Both the position numbers and the translations under genes were made by a program. Shown one piece after another: positions 1 through 10,571 of a DNA stretch of 64,000 bases. The DNA is taken from positions 64-64,063 of the forward strand of contig CANPVS010000013.1 of the NCBI GenBank assembly GCA_947581795.1. Reading direction: 5' to 3'. Below the pieces are notes generated by a model. That model ran no database searches. It worked only from the letters and a program-made list of their open reading frames with translations, and had not been told where the DNA came from. Numbering within the stretch: the first letter of the stretch is position 1; each line of letters starts with the position of its first letter. This DNA comes from an uncultured Oscillospiraceae bacterium. GTDB taxonomy: Bacteria; Bacillota; Clostridia; Oscillospirales; Oscillospiraceae.

Positions 1-1823
1 ACTCCACCCAGCGGGACTACATGGCCGGCGAAGTCAGCCGTGACATCACCAACCGCCTGTTGCTGCCTCCCGACATCGTGGAGGCCCACGAGGAGGGCAT
101 CATCCACTTCCACGATACGGATTACTATGCCCAGCACATGCACAACTGCGACCTGGTGAACCTGGAGGACATGCTCCAGAACGGCACCGTCATCACCGAC
201 ACCCTCATCGAGCGGCCCCACTCCTTCGCCACCGCCTGCAACATCGCCACGCAGATCGTGGCCCAGGTGGCCTCCAACCAGTACGGCGGCCAGTCCATCT
301 CTCTGGCCCACCTGGCGCCTTTCGTCCAGGTCAGCCGGGAGAAGATCCGCGCCATCGTCCGGGACGAGATCAGCACTCTGGGCGTCATCCCCACCTCCGA
401 GCAGGTGGACGGCATCGTGGAAAAGCGCCTGCGGGAGGAGATCCGCCGGGGCGTGCAGACCATCCAGTATCAGGTGGTCACGCTCCTGACCACCAACGGA
501 CAGGCCCCCTTCGTCACCGTGTTCATGTACCTGAACGAGGCCAAGAGCGAGCAGGAGAAGAAGGACCTGGCCATCATCATCGAGGAGACCCTGCTCCAGC
601 GGTACGAGGGCGTGAAGAACGAGAAGGGCATCTGGGTCACTCCCGCCTTCCCCAAGCTCATCTACGTGCTGGAGGAGGACAACGTGGAGGAGGGCACGCC
701 TTACTGGTACCTGACCAAGCTGGCGGCCAAGTGCACCGCCAAGCGGATGGTGCCCGACTATATCTCCGAGAAGAAGATGCTGGAGCTGAAGGGCGACGTG
801 TATACCTGCATGGGCTGCCGCTCCTTTCTGACTCCGGACCGTTTCACCGACGCGGGCGTGGGCAACATCGCCAACGCCGGCAACTACGAGCCGGGCAAGC
901 ACAAGTACTATGGCCGTTTCAACCAGGGCGTGGTCACCATCAACCTGCCGGACGTAGCTCTGTCCTCCGGCGGCAGCATGGAGAAGTTCTGGAACATCTT
1001 TGAAGAGCGGCTGGAGCTGTGCCACCGGGCCCTCCGGTGCCGCCACGAGCGGCTGAAGGGCACGCTGTCCGACGCGGCCCCCATCCTCTGGCAGTACGGC
1101 GCTCTGGCCCGTCTGCAGAAGGGGGAGAAGATCGACAAGCTCCTTTACGGCGGCTACTCCACCATCTCCCTGGGCTACGCCGGCCTCTATGAGTGCGTCA
1201 AGTATATGACCGGCAAGAGCCACACGGACCCCGCCGCCACGCCTTTCGCCCTGGATATCATGCAGAAGATGAACGACAAGTGCAAGGAGTGGAAGACGGC
1301 CGAGAACATCGACTACTCCCTGTACGGCACGCCCCTGGAGAGCACCACCTACAAGTTCGCCAAGTGCCTGCAGAAGCGTTTCGGCATCATCCCCGGCATC
1401 ACCGACAAGGGCTATATCACCAACTCCTACCACGTCCATGTGACCGAGCAGATCGACGCGTTCACCAAGCTGAAATTTGAGGCCCAGTTCCAGCACCTGT
1501 CTCCCGGCGGCGCCATCAGCTATGTGGAGGTGCCCGACATGCAGAACAACCTGGAGGCCGTGCTTCAGGTCATGCGCTTCATCTACGACAATATCATCTA
1601 CGCCGAGCTGAACACCAAGAGCGACTACTGCCAGGTGTGTGGCTGGGACGGCGAGATCGGGATCGTGGAGGACGACGGCAAGCTCATCTGGCGCTGCCCC
1701 CGCTGCGGCAACACCGACCAGAGCAAGATGAACGTGGCCCGGCGCACCTGCGGCTACATCGGCACCCAGTTCTGGAACCAGGGCCGCACCCAGGAGATCA
1801 AGGACCGGGTCCTGCACCTGTAA
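1..1823 (+). CDS. nrdD: anaerobic ribonucleoside-triphosphate reductase (class III), 5' end outside window
   Basis: Reading frame is open to the window edge. C-terminal Cys ribbon CQVCGW..CPRCG and glycyl-radical motif RTCGYIG. The activase gene follows 4 nt later. Confidence 0.9.
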   Translation, partial: STQRDYMAGEVSRDITNRLLLPPDIVEAHEEGIIHFHDTDYYAQHMHNCDLVNLEDMLQNGTVITDTLIERPHSFATACNIATQIVAQVASNQYGGQSISLAHLAPFVQVSREKIRAIVRDEISTLGVIPTSEQVDGIVEKRLREEIRRGVQTIQYQVVTLLTTNGQAPFVTVFMYLNEAKSEQEKKDLAIIIEETLLQRYEGVKNEKGIWVTPAFPKLIYVLEEDNVEEGTPYWYLTKLAAKCTAKRMVPDYISEKKMLELKGDVYTCMGCRSFLTPDRFTDAGVGNIANAGNYEPGKHKYYGRFNQGVVTINLPDVALSSGGSMEKFWNIFEERLELCHRALRCRHERLKGTLSDAAPILWQYGALARLQKGEKIDKLLYGGYSTISLGYAGLYECVKYMTGKSHTDPAATPFALDIMQKMNDKCKEWKTAENIDYSLYGTPLESTTYKFAKCLQKRFGIIPGITDKGYITNSYHVHVTEQIDAFTKLKFEAQFQHLSPGGAISYVEVPDMQNNLEAVLQVMRFIYDNIIYAELNTKSDYCQVCGWDGEIGIVEDDGKLIWRCPRCGNTDQSKMNVARRTCGYIGTQFWNQGRTQEIKDRVLHL

Positions 1824-1826
1824 GAG

Positions 1827-2372
1827 ATGAACTACGGCGAGATCAAGGACTGTGACATCGCCAACGGCGTGGGCGTGCGCGTGACGCTGTTCGTGTCCGG
1901 CTGCACCAACCGCTGCCCCGGCTGCTTCCAGCCCCAGACATGGGATTTCGGCTACGGCGAGCCCTTCACCGCCGAGACGGAGGAAAAGCTCCTGGCCATG
2001 CTGGCCCCCGGCTATATCAACGGGCTCACCCTCCTGGGGGGCGATCCCTTCGAGCCGGAGAACCAGCGGGCACTGGTGCCCTTCCTCCGGCGGGTGCGTG
2101 AGGCTTATCCTCAAAAGACGGTCTGGGCCTTCACTGGCTTCGTCTATGAGGACCTCCTCCGGGAGGGCAGCCATCCCCGCTGTGAGGCGACGGACGAGCT
2201 GCTGGCCATGACGGACGTGCTGGTGGACGGGCCCTTCATCCAGGCCCAGAAGGACATCAGCCTCCGCTTCCGGGGTTCCCGGAATCAGCGCCTTATCGAT
2301 ATGAACAAGACCCGCGCGGCAGGCGAGGTAGTCCTCTGGGACGACGAAATGTTTCCGGCATCCCGTAGATAA
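1827..2372 (+). CDS. nrdG: anaerobic ribonucleotide reductase activating protein (radical SAM)
   Basis: 181 aa with an N-terminal CTNRCPGC cluster. Sits directly downstream of nrdD. Confidence 0.85.
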   Translation: MNYGEIKDCDIANGVGVRVTLFVSGCTNRCPGCFQPQTWDFGYGEPFTAETEEKLLAMLAPGYINGLTLLGGDPFEPENQRALVPFLRRVREAYPQKTVWAFTGFVYEDLLREGSHPRCEATDELLAMTDVLVDGPFIQAQKDISLRFRGSRNQRLIDMNKTRAAGEVVLWDDEMFPASRR

Positions 2373-2403
2373 CGGGGTGCCGGCTTTTAATAGGGGAGAG
2401 CAT

Positions 2404-3135
2404 ATGAAAAATCATCTGGAAAAGGACGTGTCGCTGTTCACCAGCCGGGTGGACTACGAGGGAAAGCTGAAGCTGGCGGGCCTGTTCGACCTGTTTATGG
2501 ACTTGGCGGCGGAGCAGGCCGAGCTCATGGGCGTGGGCTACGAGGACATGATGCGCCACCGGGCCTTCTGGCTGGCGGTGCGCACCCGGGTGCACATCTA
2601 CAAAAACCCCGGCTACGGCGACGTGGTGCGGGTCAAGACATGGCCGGGCAAGCCGTCGCTTGTGAAGTGCGACCGGTTCTACACCCTCAAAATGGGAGAG
2701 GAGCTGCTGGCCGAGGGGCGCACCGAGTGGGCAGCCCAGAACATCGACACTGGCCGGGTCATGAAGACCGACGGCTTCGGCTATCCCGTGGACATGGAGC
2801 CCCTACCCGAGCGCGTGCTGGACCGGCCATTCACCCGGTTCAAGGACAAGCCGGACCCGGAGTTTCTGCACACCACCTACACCGTTTGCTCCCGGGACAT
2901 CGACACAGGCCATCACATGAACAACGTGGCCTATGTGCGTATGCTCATGGGCACCTTCACCGTGGCGGAGCTGCAGGCCATGGACGTGGCCGAGGCGGAG
3001 ATCAGCTACAGTTCCGCCTGCCGGGAGGGGGAGACCCTTCGGGTCTACCGGCGGAAGGACGATGAGGGATGGCATCTGCTGGTCCAGAAGCCGGACGACA
3101 CCGTTGCCGCGCAAATGGTCCTCCGGCTGCGTTGA
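2404..3135 (+). CDS. acyl-ACP thioesterase family protein
   Basis: About 243 aa with a double hot-dog-like layout (SRVDYEGKLKL..., HHMNNVAYVRM). ATG at 2404 is preceded by GGGGAGAG. Confidence 0.65.
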   Translation: MKNHLEKDVSLFTSRVDYEGKLKLAGLFDLFMDLAAEQAELMGVGYEDMMRHRAFWLAVRTRVHIYKNPGYGDVVRVKTWPGKPSLVKCDRFYTLKMGEELLAEGRTEWAAQNIDTGRVMKTDGFGYPVDMEPLPERVLDRPFTRFKDKPDPEFLHTTYTVCSRDIDTGHHMNNVAYVRMLMGTFTVAELQAMDVAEAEISYSSACREGETLRVYRRKDDEGWHLLVQKPDDTVAAQMVLRLR

Positions 3136-3177
3136 ACGATGAAAAATGACCGCCGGTGAAAGCCACCGGCGGCCGTC

Positions 3178-3951
3178 TTATTTCTTCTGGTTTTTCTTCC
3201 ATATGAGCCACAGTCCCCGTGGGATCAGGTCCCTGTCCACCTGAATATCCTTCCTGCGGCAGTGGGGGATGACGGCCTCGGCCCAGACGCCGGTGGCCAC
3301 CACCGTCGGCCGCTGGCCCAGTTCCTCCTCCATGCCCTGCAGGAGCCCGTCCAGCATAGCGGCGCAGCCGTAGATGATGCCGGAGCGCATGGACTCGTCG
3401 GTGTTCTTGCAGATGATATGGCCCGGCGCCTGGGGCACTACGTTGTGCAGAAGGGATGCGCGGCTGGTGAGGGCGGCGGTGGAGACCATGATGCCCGGGG
3501 CGATGACGCCGCCCACATACCGGCCTTCGCCGTCGGTGACGCCCATGCCGATGGCCGTGTCCATATCCACGGTGATGACCGGCAGGGGGTATGCCTCCTG
3601 AGCCGCCACGGCAGCGGCCACGAAATCGCTGCCCAGCTCCGAGGGGTCGTCCAGACGGATATTGAGCCCGGTTTTCACACCGGGACCCACCACCATGGGG
3701 GCGATGCCTGTGAGGAGCTCCAGCGCCTGGCGCAGCGTCAGCGTCAGCTCCGGCACCACGGAGGAGAGGATGCAGCCCTCCCACTTGTCCCCGCCTGCCC
3801 CGTGCTGTTCCAGTATGAGGGCCATGAGGGCGGCGTATTCGTCCGCCGTGCGGGTCTTCACCGTGGCCATGCCGCAGGAGAAGGCCACGGCTCCGTCCTT
3901 TACGCCCGCCATGGTCACACGGCTGTTGGATAAGTCCACAGTCAAAAGCAT
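3178..3951 (-). CDS. coaX: type III pantothenate kinase
   Basis: MLLTVDLSNSR start and ASKHA-fold motifs (TVDMDTAIG, GGVIAPG). Length is typical of CoaX. Confidence 0.8.
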   Translation of the reverse strand: MLLTVDLSNSRVTMAGVKDGAVAFSCGMATVKTRTADEYAALMALILEQHGAGGDKWEGCILSSVVPELTLTLRQALELLTGIAPMVVGPGVKTGLNIRLDDPSELGSDFVAAAVAAQEAYPLPVITVDMDTAIGMGVTDGEGRYVGGVIAPGIMVSTAALTSRASLLHNVVPQAPGHIICKNTDESMRSGIIYGCAAMLDGLLQGMEEELGQRPTVVATGVWAEAVIPHCRRKDIQVDRDLIPRGLWLIWKKNQKK

Positions 3952-3996
3952 TCGTATCACTTCCCGGGCATAGCTTATCAAATCCCGGCGGATATG

Positions 3997-5529
3997 TCAA
4001 AGGATAGTTAAATGCTTTCGGATGGCAAGGCAGAATAGTCCCAGACCCGCGGCCATGGACAGCACCAGCGCCGGTACGCTCACCGCCGCGCCCGTATACT
4101 GTCCCAGAAGCCAGGCGGCCCCGCCGCCGAGAGCCGCGAGAAGCACAGCCCGGGCCGTGTCCAGGACAGGCAGGCGGAAGCCGGAGACCCGCTTTAAGCG
4201 CCAAATGCTCAGGACGAAGTTGAATATTTCCGTGAAGCAGATGACGAAAATATAGGCGCCCAGGCCCCAGCGGGGCAGCATGAGCCACACCAGGAGGGCG
4301 GAGAGACCCACATCCGCGATGTTCACGTACATGCAGAACATCATCTCGCCCAGACCCTTCAGGCACCCGTCCGTGGCCATGTCCATGTACATGACCGGCA
4401 CGATAAGGGCGAAAAGCCGTATGTACCGCCCGGCCTCCTCCGAACCGTAAAGGGCCAGGCCCAGGCTGCTGCCCATGGCAAGAAACAGGGCGGCGGTGAC
4501 GGCGCTGAACAGCAGGCTCTTGTACAGCACATCCTCGGTCACGGCGCGGATGCTGTCCGCCCGGCCCTGGATCTGTTTTTCTGTCAGCTTCGGCACGATG
4601 AGCTCCGCGATGGCCATCATGAGGCAGGAGGGGAACAGCACCACCGGCAGGGCCATGCCCTGGATGACTCCGTAGCCGGCCAAAGCCGTCTCCGCGGCCA
4701 GGCCAGACGCCCGCAGGCCCCGGGGCACCAGAAGGTGCTGGAGGGTGGAAAGGCCGCTTCGGGCGTAAGACGCAGCCGCAAGGGGCAGGGCGATGCGGAA
4801 CATACGGCCCGCCATGCCCGGCCGGGGGACCTGGCCCGTCTTGCGGACGATGCCGTGCTTCCGCCGGTCCAGGACATAGGCGAGGCCCAGGGCGGTGACG
4901 CCGCCGAGCTCGCCGATGAGGCTGCCGCCGGTGATGACCGCCACGGCGTATTCCAGGTTCCCCGCCGGCCGCGTCACCAGCATGGCGGCGGTGACGGCGA
5001 TGGTGATAAGCTGCTGGCCCACGGATACCGCTACGCTCTTCCACACCCGGCCCACGGCGGTGAAGTACCCGTGCATGACGGAGTCCACGCCGGTCAGAGG
5101 CAGGGCCAGGGCCAGGAGCATCAGCGGACGCACCGTTCTGGCGTCCTCCAGCCAGAGGAAGCCCAGCGGTTCCGCCAGGACCATGAGGATGAGTCCCGCC
5201 GCGAGGCCGAAGCCAAGGCCGTAGAGCATGCAGTCGTTCAGCGCCTGGGCGGCGCCTTGGGGGCGGTCCAGGCCACGCTCCTCCGACACCAGGCGGGTGA
5301 CGGCGTAGCGGCTGCCGCTCATGGCCACCGTTACGGCCAGGGCGTTGACGCTCATCACCAGCTGGAACAGGCCGATACCTGCCTCGCCGATGCGGCTGAC
5401 CAGCCACACCTGCCAGACCATGCCCACGAACCGCATGGCGAGGCCGGAGGCGGTGAGAAGGGCCGTATTGAAAGCCAATGTTCTGTCTTGGAGCAAGGAA
5501 AGACCTCCCCATACTTGCGTAAGAACCAC
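3997..5529 (-). CDS. MOP-superfamily flippase (SpoVB / polysaccharide biosynthesis protein-like)
   Basis: 510-aa polytopic membrane protein with the repeated hydrophobic helices typical of MurJ/SpoVB-type proteins. Confidence 0.65.
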   Translation of the reverse strand: MVLTQVWGGLSLLQDRTLAFNTALLTASGLAMRFVGMVWQVWLVSRIGEAGIGLFQLVMSVNALAVTVAMSGSRYAVTRLVSEERGLDRPQGAAQALNDCMLYGLGFGLAAGLILMVLAEPLGFLWLEDARTVRPLMLLALALPLTGVDSVMHGYFTAVGRVWKSVAVSVGQQLITIAVTAAMLVTRPAGNLEYAVAVITGGSLIGELGGVTALGLAYVLDRRKHGIVRKTGQVPRPGMAGRMFRIALPLAAASYARSGLSTLQHLLVPRGLRASGLAAETALAGYGVIQGMALPVVLFPSCLMMAIAELIVPKLTEKQIQGRADSIRAVTEDVLYKSLLFSAVTAALFLAMGSSLGLALYGSEEAGRYIRLFALIVPVMYMDMATDGCLKGLGEMMFCMYVNIADVGLSALLVWLMLPRWGLGAYIFVICFTEIFNFVLSIWRLKRVSGFRLPVLDTARAVLLAALGGGAAWLLGQYTGAAVSVPALVLSMAAGLGLFCLAIRKHLTIL

Positions 5530-5661
5530 GATAAGGGTATAATAGCGCCGAAACTGCTATTATACTTAAAAATACCGGCCGCGCTCCTGGCTATGCCGGA
5601 ACCGCGCGACATGGCATAATCATTCATATGGGACAAAACCGCTGGATATGTTGAGGCGCTT

Positions 5662-6384
5662 ATGAGAAGACCGTCGGAACAACTGAAAAGGGAGAGACTG
5701 CCCTATGCCGCGGCGGTGATCGTGGCTGGAGGCTCGGCCCGGCGCTTCGGCTCCGATAAGCTGATGGAGGACCTGGCTGGGTTCCCGGTGCTCATACGGT
5801 CTGTGCTGGCCTTTGAGCGGTGCGAGGCGATCAACGCCATTGTGGTGGCCGCCCGGGCCGACAGGGTGGACGAGGTGAGAGCGCTCTGCGATACGTACGG
5901 CGTCACCAAGCTCACGGCAGTTGTCGCCGGCGGGGACACCAGAGCCAAGTCCTGCCTCGCTGGAGTAATGGCTGTGCCACCGGAAGCGGAACTCATCGCC
6001 ATCCATGACGGCGCCCGGCCTCTTGTGACGGACGATGTCATCCTGGATGCTCTGTGGACTGCCTATCGCCACACGGCGGCGCTGCCCGCCGTCCCGGTGC
6101 GGGACACGATAAAAGAAGCGGAGGACGGCGTTGTGTCCGCGACGCCGGACAGGTCCCGCCTGTGGGCCGCCCAGACGCCCCAGTGCTTCCAGGCCGACCT
6201 TATCCGGGCCGCCCTGCAGGACGCGGCGGCCAACGCCCCGGAGGTCACGGACGACTGCCTCGCCGTGGAGCGCATCGGCGGGCGGATATATCTTTCTAAG
6301 GGCAGCGAGGAGAACATCAAGATCACCACGCCCCTGGACCTGAAGCTGGCCGGGGCGCTGCTGGCGGAGAGGAGCGGCATATGA
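5662..6384 (+). CDS. ispD: 2-C-methyl-D-erythritol 4-phosphate cytidylyltransferase
   Basis: [17 protein letters not shown] motif, 240 aa, overlaps ispF by 4 nt. Confidence 0.9.
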   Translation: MRRPSEQLKRERLPYAAAVIVAGGSARRFGSDKLMEDLAGFPVLIRSVLAFERCEAINAIVVAARADRVDEVRALCDTYGVTKLTAVVAGGDTRAKSCLAGVMAVPPEAELIAIHDGARPLVTDDVILDALWTAYRHTAALPAVPVRDTIKEAEDGVVSATPDRSRLWAAQTPQCFQADLIRAALQDAAANAPEVTDDCLAVERIGGRIYLSKGSEENIKITTPLDLKLAGALLAERSGI

Positions 6385-6860
6385 GCATACGCATAGGCCA
6401 CGGATATGACGCCCACCGGCTCACGGAGGGACGGAAGCTCATCCTGGGCGGGGTAGATATACCCTATGAGAAGGGGCTTCTGGGCCACTCGGACGCGGAT
6501 GTGCTGCTCCATGCTTTGGCGGACGCTATCCTGGGCGCCGCGGCGTTAGGGGACATCGGGAAGCTCTTTCCAGACAATGACCCGGCTACGGAGGGAATTG
6601 ACAGCCGCATTATCCTCCGGGCGGCAGTGAGGGCGGCGGCGGACGCGGGGTACGGCGTGGGAAACTGCGACGTGACCGTTATCGCCCAGCGACCGAAGCT
6701 GGCGCCCTATATCGAAGAGATGCGCCAAAACATAGCCGCTGACCTGGGTGTGGATGTTTCCGCTGTCAGCGTGAAGGCCACCACCGAGGAGCGCATGGGC
6801 TTTACCGGCTCCGGGGAGGGCATCAGCTGCCACGCGGTGGCGCTGCTGGCCTCCCGCTGA
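6381..6860 (+). CDS. ispF: 2-C-methyl-D-erythritol 2,4-cyclodiphosphate synthase
   Basis: [10 protein letters not shown]..., [11 protein letters not shown] and DIGKLFPD motifs. 159 aa. Confidence 0.92.
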   Translation: MSIRIGHGYDAHRLTEGRKLILGGVDIPYEKGLLGHSDADVLLHALADAILGAAALGDIGKLFPDNDPATEGIDSRIILRAAVRAAADAGYGVGNCDVTVIAQRPKLAPYIEEMRQNIAADLGVDVSAVSVKATTEERMGFTGSGEGISCHAVALLASR

Positions 6861-6923
6861 ATTTGAACCAAACAACGACCCTCCCGCATACAATGGTGCG
6901 TAACCAGTGCGGGAGGTCATTTT

Positions 6924-7172
6924 ATGCACTATCTACTGTCATTTCGGAGCCTGACCTATGCCCAGCGGGCGGCCCGTATCCTGGAGCGGGCGGGCATCAC
7001 GGGCACGGTCTCCCGCGTACCGAAGGCCGCGTCTACGAAGGGCTGCGCTTACTGCGTGATCGTGGCGGCGCGGCATAAGGAGCGTTCCCTGTCCATCCTT
7101 GCTAGTGCCGGCGTCGCGCCGGAACGGGTGCTGCTGCGCCATCCAGACGGGACGCTGGAGGCGGGAGCATGA
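6924..7172 (+). CDS. DUF3343-like small protein (putative S/Se carrier-like)
   Basis: 82 aa starting FRSLTYAQRAARILERAGI. Overlaps the downstream cysteine desulfurase-family gene by 4 nt. Confidence 0.6.
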   Translation: MHYLLSFRSLTYAQRAARILERAGITGTVSRVPKAASTKGCAYCVIVAARHKERSLSILASAGVAPERVLLRHPDGTLEAGA

Positions 7173-8287
7173 TCTATCTGGACTGCGCCGCCACCTCCTT
7201 TCAGAAGCCCGCCGCCGTGAACTATGCCGTATCTGAGGCCATGCGGACCCTCTCCAGCCCGGGCCGGGGCGGATATCCAAGCGCCATGGCCGCGGCGGAG
7301 CTGCTGCTGGACTGCCGCCTGGCGCTGGCGGACCTCTTCTGCGTGAAAGACCCGGAACAGGTCGTTTTCACTTCCAGCGCTACCCATGGGCTCAACATCG
7401 CCCTGCGGAGCCTGGTGGGGCCCGGCGACCCGGTGGTCATATCCGGCTATGAGCACAACGCCGTGTGGCGGACGCTGCATGGCATAGGTGCGGACGTGCG
7501 TGTCGCCGCTTCGCCGCTCTTTGCGCCGGAGGCTGCCGTAGAGGCCTTCCGCGCGAAGCTGCCCGGCGCGAAGGCGGCGGTGTGCACCCAGGTGTCAAAT
7601 GTGTTCGGCTATATCATGCCTGTCCGGGAGATCGCCGCCCTGTGCCGGGACGCGGATGTGCCCCTGGTGGTGGATGCCTCCCAGGGGGCGGGCGCTGTGG
7701 GTCTGGACTTTGACGGCCTGGGCTGCGCTTTTGCCGCCATGCCAGGCCACAAGGGGCTTCTTGGTCCGCAGGGGACGGGGGTGCTCCTGTGTCGGGACGG
7801 GAAGATAACGCCCCTCTTCTTTGGCGGGACCGGCTCCGTGAGCGCGGACCCGGCCATGCCGGACTTCCTGCCGGACCGGCTGGAGCCGGGCACCCACAAC
7901 GTGCCGGGCATAGCAGGGCTTCTGGAGGGTGTGAAGTGGCTGCGGCGGAAGACGCCGGCGGCGGTGCTTGCCCATGAGAAGGAGCTGCTGGGGGTCTTTT
8001 CCAAAGCACTTGAAGGAGAGAAACGAGTGAAACTGTTCCTTTCATCCGATCCGGCTTTACAGGCAGGGGTGCTCTCGGTGCAGATGAATGGACTTGACTG
8101 CGAGGAGGCGGCGTCGCGTCTCGCGGAAAGAGGCGTCGCCGTCCGGGCGGGGCTCCACTGCGCGCCCCTGGCCCACGATACGGCCGGGACGCTGGGGGAG
8201 GGAACAGTGCGCTTCAGCTTTTCTCCTTTCAATACGTATCAGGAGGTCATGGCAGCGGTGGAGGCCGTGCGGAAGATACTTAACTGA
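7169..8287 (+). CDS. class V aminotransferase / cysteine desulfurase family protein
   Basis: 372 aa. MIYLDCAATS start, PLP-lysine region (MPGHKGLLGPQGTG) and RAGLHCAP motif. Confidence 0.8.
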   Translation: MIYLDCAATSFQKPAAVNYAVSEAMRTLSSPGRGGYPSAMAAAELLLDCRLALADLFCVKDPEQVVFTSSATHGLNIALRSLVGPGDPVVISGYEHNAVWRTLHGIGADVRVAASPLFAPEAAVEAFRAKLPGAKAAVCTQVSNVFGYIMPVREIAALCRDADVPLVVDASQGAGAVGLDFDGLGCAFAAMPGHKGLLGPQGTGVLLCRDGKITPLFFGGTGSVSADPAMPDFLPDRLEPGTHNVPGIAGLLEGVKWLRRKTPAAVLAHEKELLGVFSKALEGEKRVKLFLSSDPALQAGVLSVQMNGLDCEEAASRLAERGVAVRAGLHCAPLAHDTAGTLGEGTVRFSFSPFNTYQEVMAAVEAVRKILN

Positions 8288-8292
8288 CCTGC

Positions 8293-8324
8293 GGGGCGGA
8301 GCTTTTCCGCCCCTGTCTTTTTTA
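8293..8324 (+). terminator. rho-independent terminator
   Basis: GGGGCGGA / TCCGCCCC stem followed by a T-run, 5 nt after the stop codon. Confidence 0.7.
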
Positions 8325-8358
8325 CCGGAGAAGGACAGGCCAAAACGCAGAAATGAGG

Positions 8359-8387
8359 TTGCCAAAGGTCACAACTTGTTATATAAT
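8359..8387 (+). promoter_or_regulatory. sigma-A-type promoter upstream of cdaA
   Basis: TTGCCA, 17-nt spacer, TATAAT. Confidence 0.55.
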
Positions 8388-8446
8388 ACAAAGTTGACAT
8401 AGAGTGTTCGTCAACCGACAGTCGTACGAATGAATGGTACTGGTCT

Positions 8447-9310
8447 ATGAATGAATTTCTAACCAACCTGCGCGAATCCTTCGGCCTCATCCTGGACATG
8501 GGACCGGCGGACATCGCCGATGTGCTCATCGTGGCGGCGGCGCTGTACGCGGTCATATCCTTCGTGCGCCGGACCAACTCCCTGCGCGTGGCCCAGGGCA
8601 TATTGCTGCTGCTGGTGGCCCTGGGACTGTCCAGCGCTCTCCACCTGACGCTGACCAGCTTCCTGCTGCGGCAGGTCTTTGAGATAGGCGTTCTGGCGGT
8701 GATCGTGCTGTTCCAGCCGGAGATCCGCCGGGCCCTGGAGCGAGTGGGCTCCTACCGGCTGTTCTCCCTGTTCGGCCGGAACGTGGGCGGCCAGGCACTG
8801 GACAAGACCATCATGCAGACCGTGTATGCCTGTGAGGATATGTCCCGGAGCCGCACGGGCGCGCTCATCGTCTTTGAGCGGACCAACCGGCTGAACGAGG
8901 CCATGGCCTCCGGCACCCAGGTGGACGCGCTGGTGTCGTCGGAATTACTCAAAAACGTCTTTTACGACAAGTCGCCTCTCCATGACGGGGCGGTGATCAT
9001 CCGTGACGGACGCCTCGCCGCGGCGGGGTGCATGCTGCCCCTCAGCGAGAACGCCAACTTGAGCCGGGACTTGGGCATGCGCCACCGGGCCGGCATTGGC
9101 ATGAGCGAGCGGTCCGATGCGGTGGTGGTCATCGTCTCCGAGGAGACGGGCGGTATCAGTGTGGCGGAGGACGGCCTTTTGAAACGCCATCTGAGCGCGG
9201 ATACCTTTGAGACGCTGCTGCGCCAGGAACTCCTCCCGGAGGATGACGCCGGAAAGACCAGCTGGCTTGCCAAGCTCAAGGGGCTGAAGGGAGCGGACCA
9301 TGAGAAATGA
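8447..9310 (+). CDS. cdaA: diadenylate cyclase
   Basis: N-terminal TM helices plus a DAC domain (DGAVIIRDGRLAAAGCMLPLS, RHRAGIGMSE). Confidence 0.9.
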   Translation: MNEFLTNLRESFGLILDMGPADIADVLIVAAALYAVISFVRRTNSLRVAQGILLLLVALGLSSALHLTLTSFLLRQVFEIGVLAVIVLFQPEIRRALERVGSYRLFSLFGRNVGGQALDKTIMQTVYACEDMSRSRTGALIVFERTNRLNEAMASGTQVDALVSSELLKNVFYDKSPLHDGAVIIRDGRLAAAGCMLPLSENANLSRDLGMRHRAGIGMSERSDAVVVIVSEETGGISVAEDGLLKRHLSADTFETLLRQELLPEDDAGKTSWLAKLKGLKGADHEK

Positions 9311-10571
9311 CAACACCGCCCGCAGCCGCGGGATACTGGACAGCCGCATCTTCTGGCTCATACTGTGCCTGTGTGCGTCGCTTGTCATCTGGCTATACTA
9401 TACGTCGAACTACGGCATCTCCAAGACCCAGACCTATTACGGCGTGGAGGTGACCTTCACCGGCCAGGACGCCATGCGGGACACCCTGAATTTGGTGGTC
9501 TCCGAGCAGGACACCACCCGCGTGAACGTGACCCTCTCCGGCACCCGCCGGGAGCTGGCGAAGATCACCAGCGACGACATCAAGGCCGTGGTGAACCTGT
9601 CCAACGTGACCATGGCAGGTTATCGGACCATGACCTACTCCCTGAGCTATCCCTCCGGGGTGAACCAGTCCAACATCCGGGAGACCTCCCGGTCGCCCTC
9701 TACCGTAGGCCTGCAGATCAGCAAGCTGGCCACCATGCCCATCGTGGTCTCCGGCCAGTTCGAGGGCACCACCGCCGACGGCTATATGGTGGACGCGGCG
9801 GAGATGACCTTTGACCCCGCTACCGTGACTTTCACCGGCCCTGAGGAGGAACTGAACCAGATCAACAAGGTCCAGGTAGTGGTGGCCCGGGACGAGGTGA
9901 GCGCCTCTTTCAACGCGGTGGGCAACTACGTGCTGCTGGACGCCGACGGCAACATCCTGGAGTTCGAGGACGTCCAGGCGGACGTGGAGACCGTCTCTGT
10001 GAACGTGCCGGTGAGCACGGTGAAGGAAGTGGCCCTGGGCATGGACCTGGTGCCCGGGGGCGGCGCCTCGGCCGACAATGTCATCACCACCATAGAGCCT
10101 GCGGCCATCACAGTCGCCGGCGACGCGGCCACCCTGGACGGGCTGAACATCATCTCCCTGGCTACGGTCCAGCTGGCCAATACCCTGAGCTTTGAGCCCA
10201 CGACCTACAACATCGTTCTGCCCAACGGCGTGGAGTGCCTTACCGGCGAGACCACGGCCACGGTGAGCATGGAATTCGTGGGGCTTAGCTCCAACCTGTT
10301 TGGCGTGACGAACCTGAGCTATGTGAACGCGCCGGCGGGATATGATGTGAGCATCATCGATATGAACAAGGTGGTCACGGTCCGGGCCCCGTCTGACGTC
10401 CTGCCCAGGATCACCGCCAACAATATCCGCGTGGTGGCCGATCTGTCCAGCCTGGCGGATTCCGCGCCCGGGCGGTACCGGGTGTCGGCCAACGTATATG
10501 TGGACGGTTTTGAAAGCGCCGGCGCGGTGGGCAGCTATTCCGTCTATGTGCAGCTGGAGGAAGAAAAATGA
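9300..10571 (+). CDS. cdaR: CdaR-like YbbR-domain protein
   Basis: 423 aa with an N-terminal TM helix and repeated YbbR-like beta modules. Overlaps the cdaA stop. Confidence 0.75.
   Translation: MRNDNTARSRGILDSRIFWLILCLCASLVIWLYYTSNYGISKTQTYYGVEVTFTGQDAMRDTLNLVVSEQDTTRVNVTLSGTRRELAKITSDDIKAVVNLSNVTMAGYRTMTYSLSYPSGVNQSNIRETSRSPSTVGLQISKLATMPIVVSGQFEGTTADGYMVDAAEMTFDPATVTFTGPEEELNQINKVQVVVARDEVSASFNAVGNYVLLDADGNILEFEDVQADVETVSVNVPVSTVKEVALGMDLVPGGGASADNVITTIEPAAITVAGDAATLDGLNIISLATVQLANTLSFEPTTYNIVLPNGVECLTGETTATVSMEFVGLSSNLFGVTNLSYVNAPAGYDVSIIDMNKVVTVRAPSDVLPRITANNIRVVADLSSLADSAPGRYRVSANVYVDGFESAGAVGSYSVYVQLEEEK

Noticed and set aside
3002-5512. 836-aa ORF on the minus strand overlapping coaX and the flippase gene.
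   Set aside because: Arg/Gly/Pro/Ala/His-rich low-complexity translation in an alternative frame of genes with clear homologs. This is a typical stop-codon-poor shadow ORF of high-G+C DNA.
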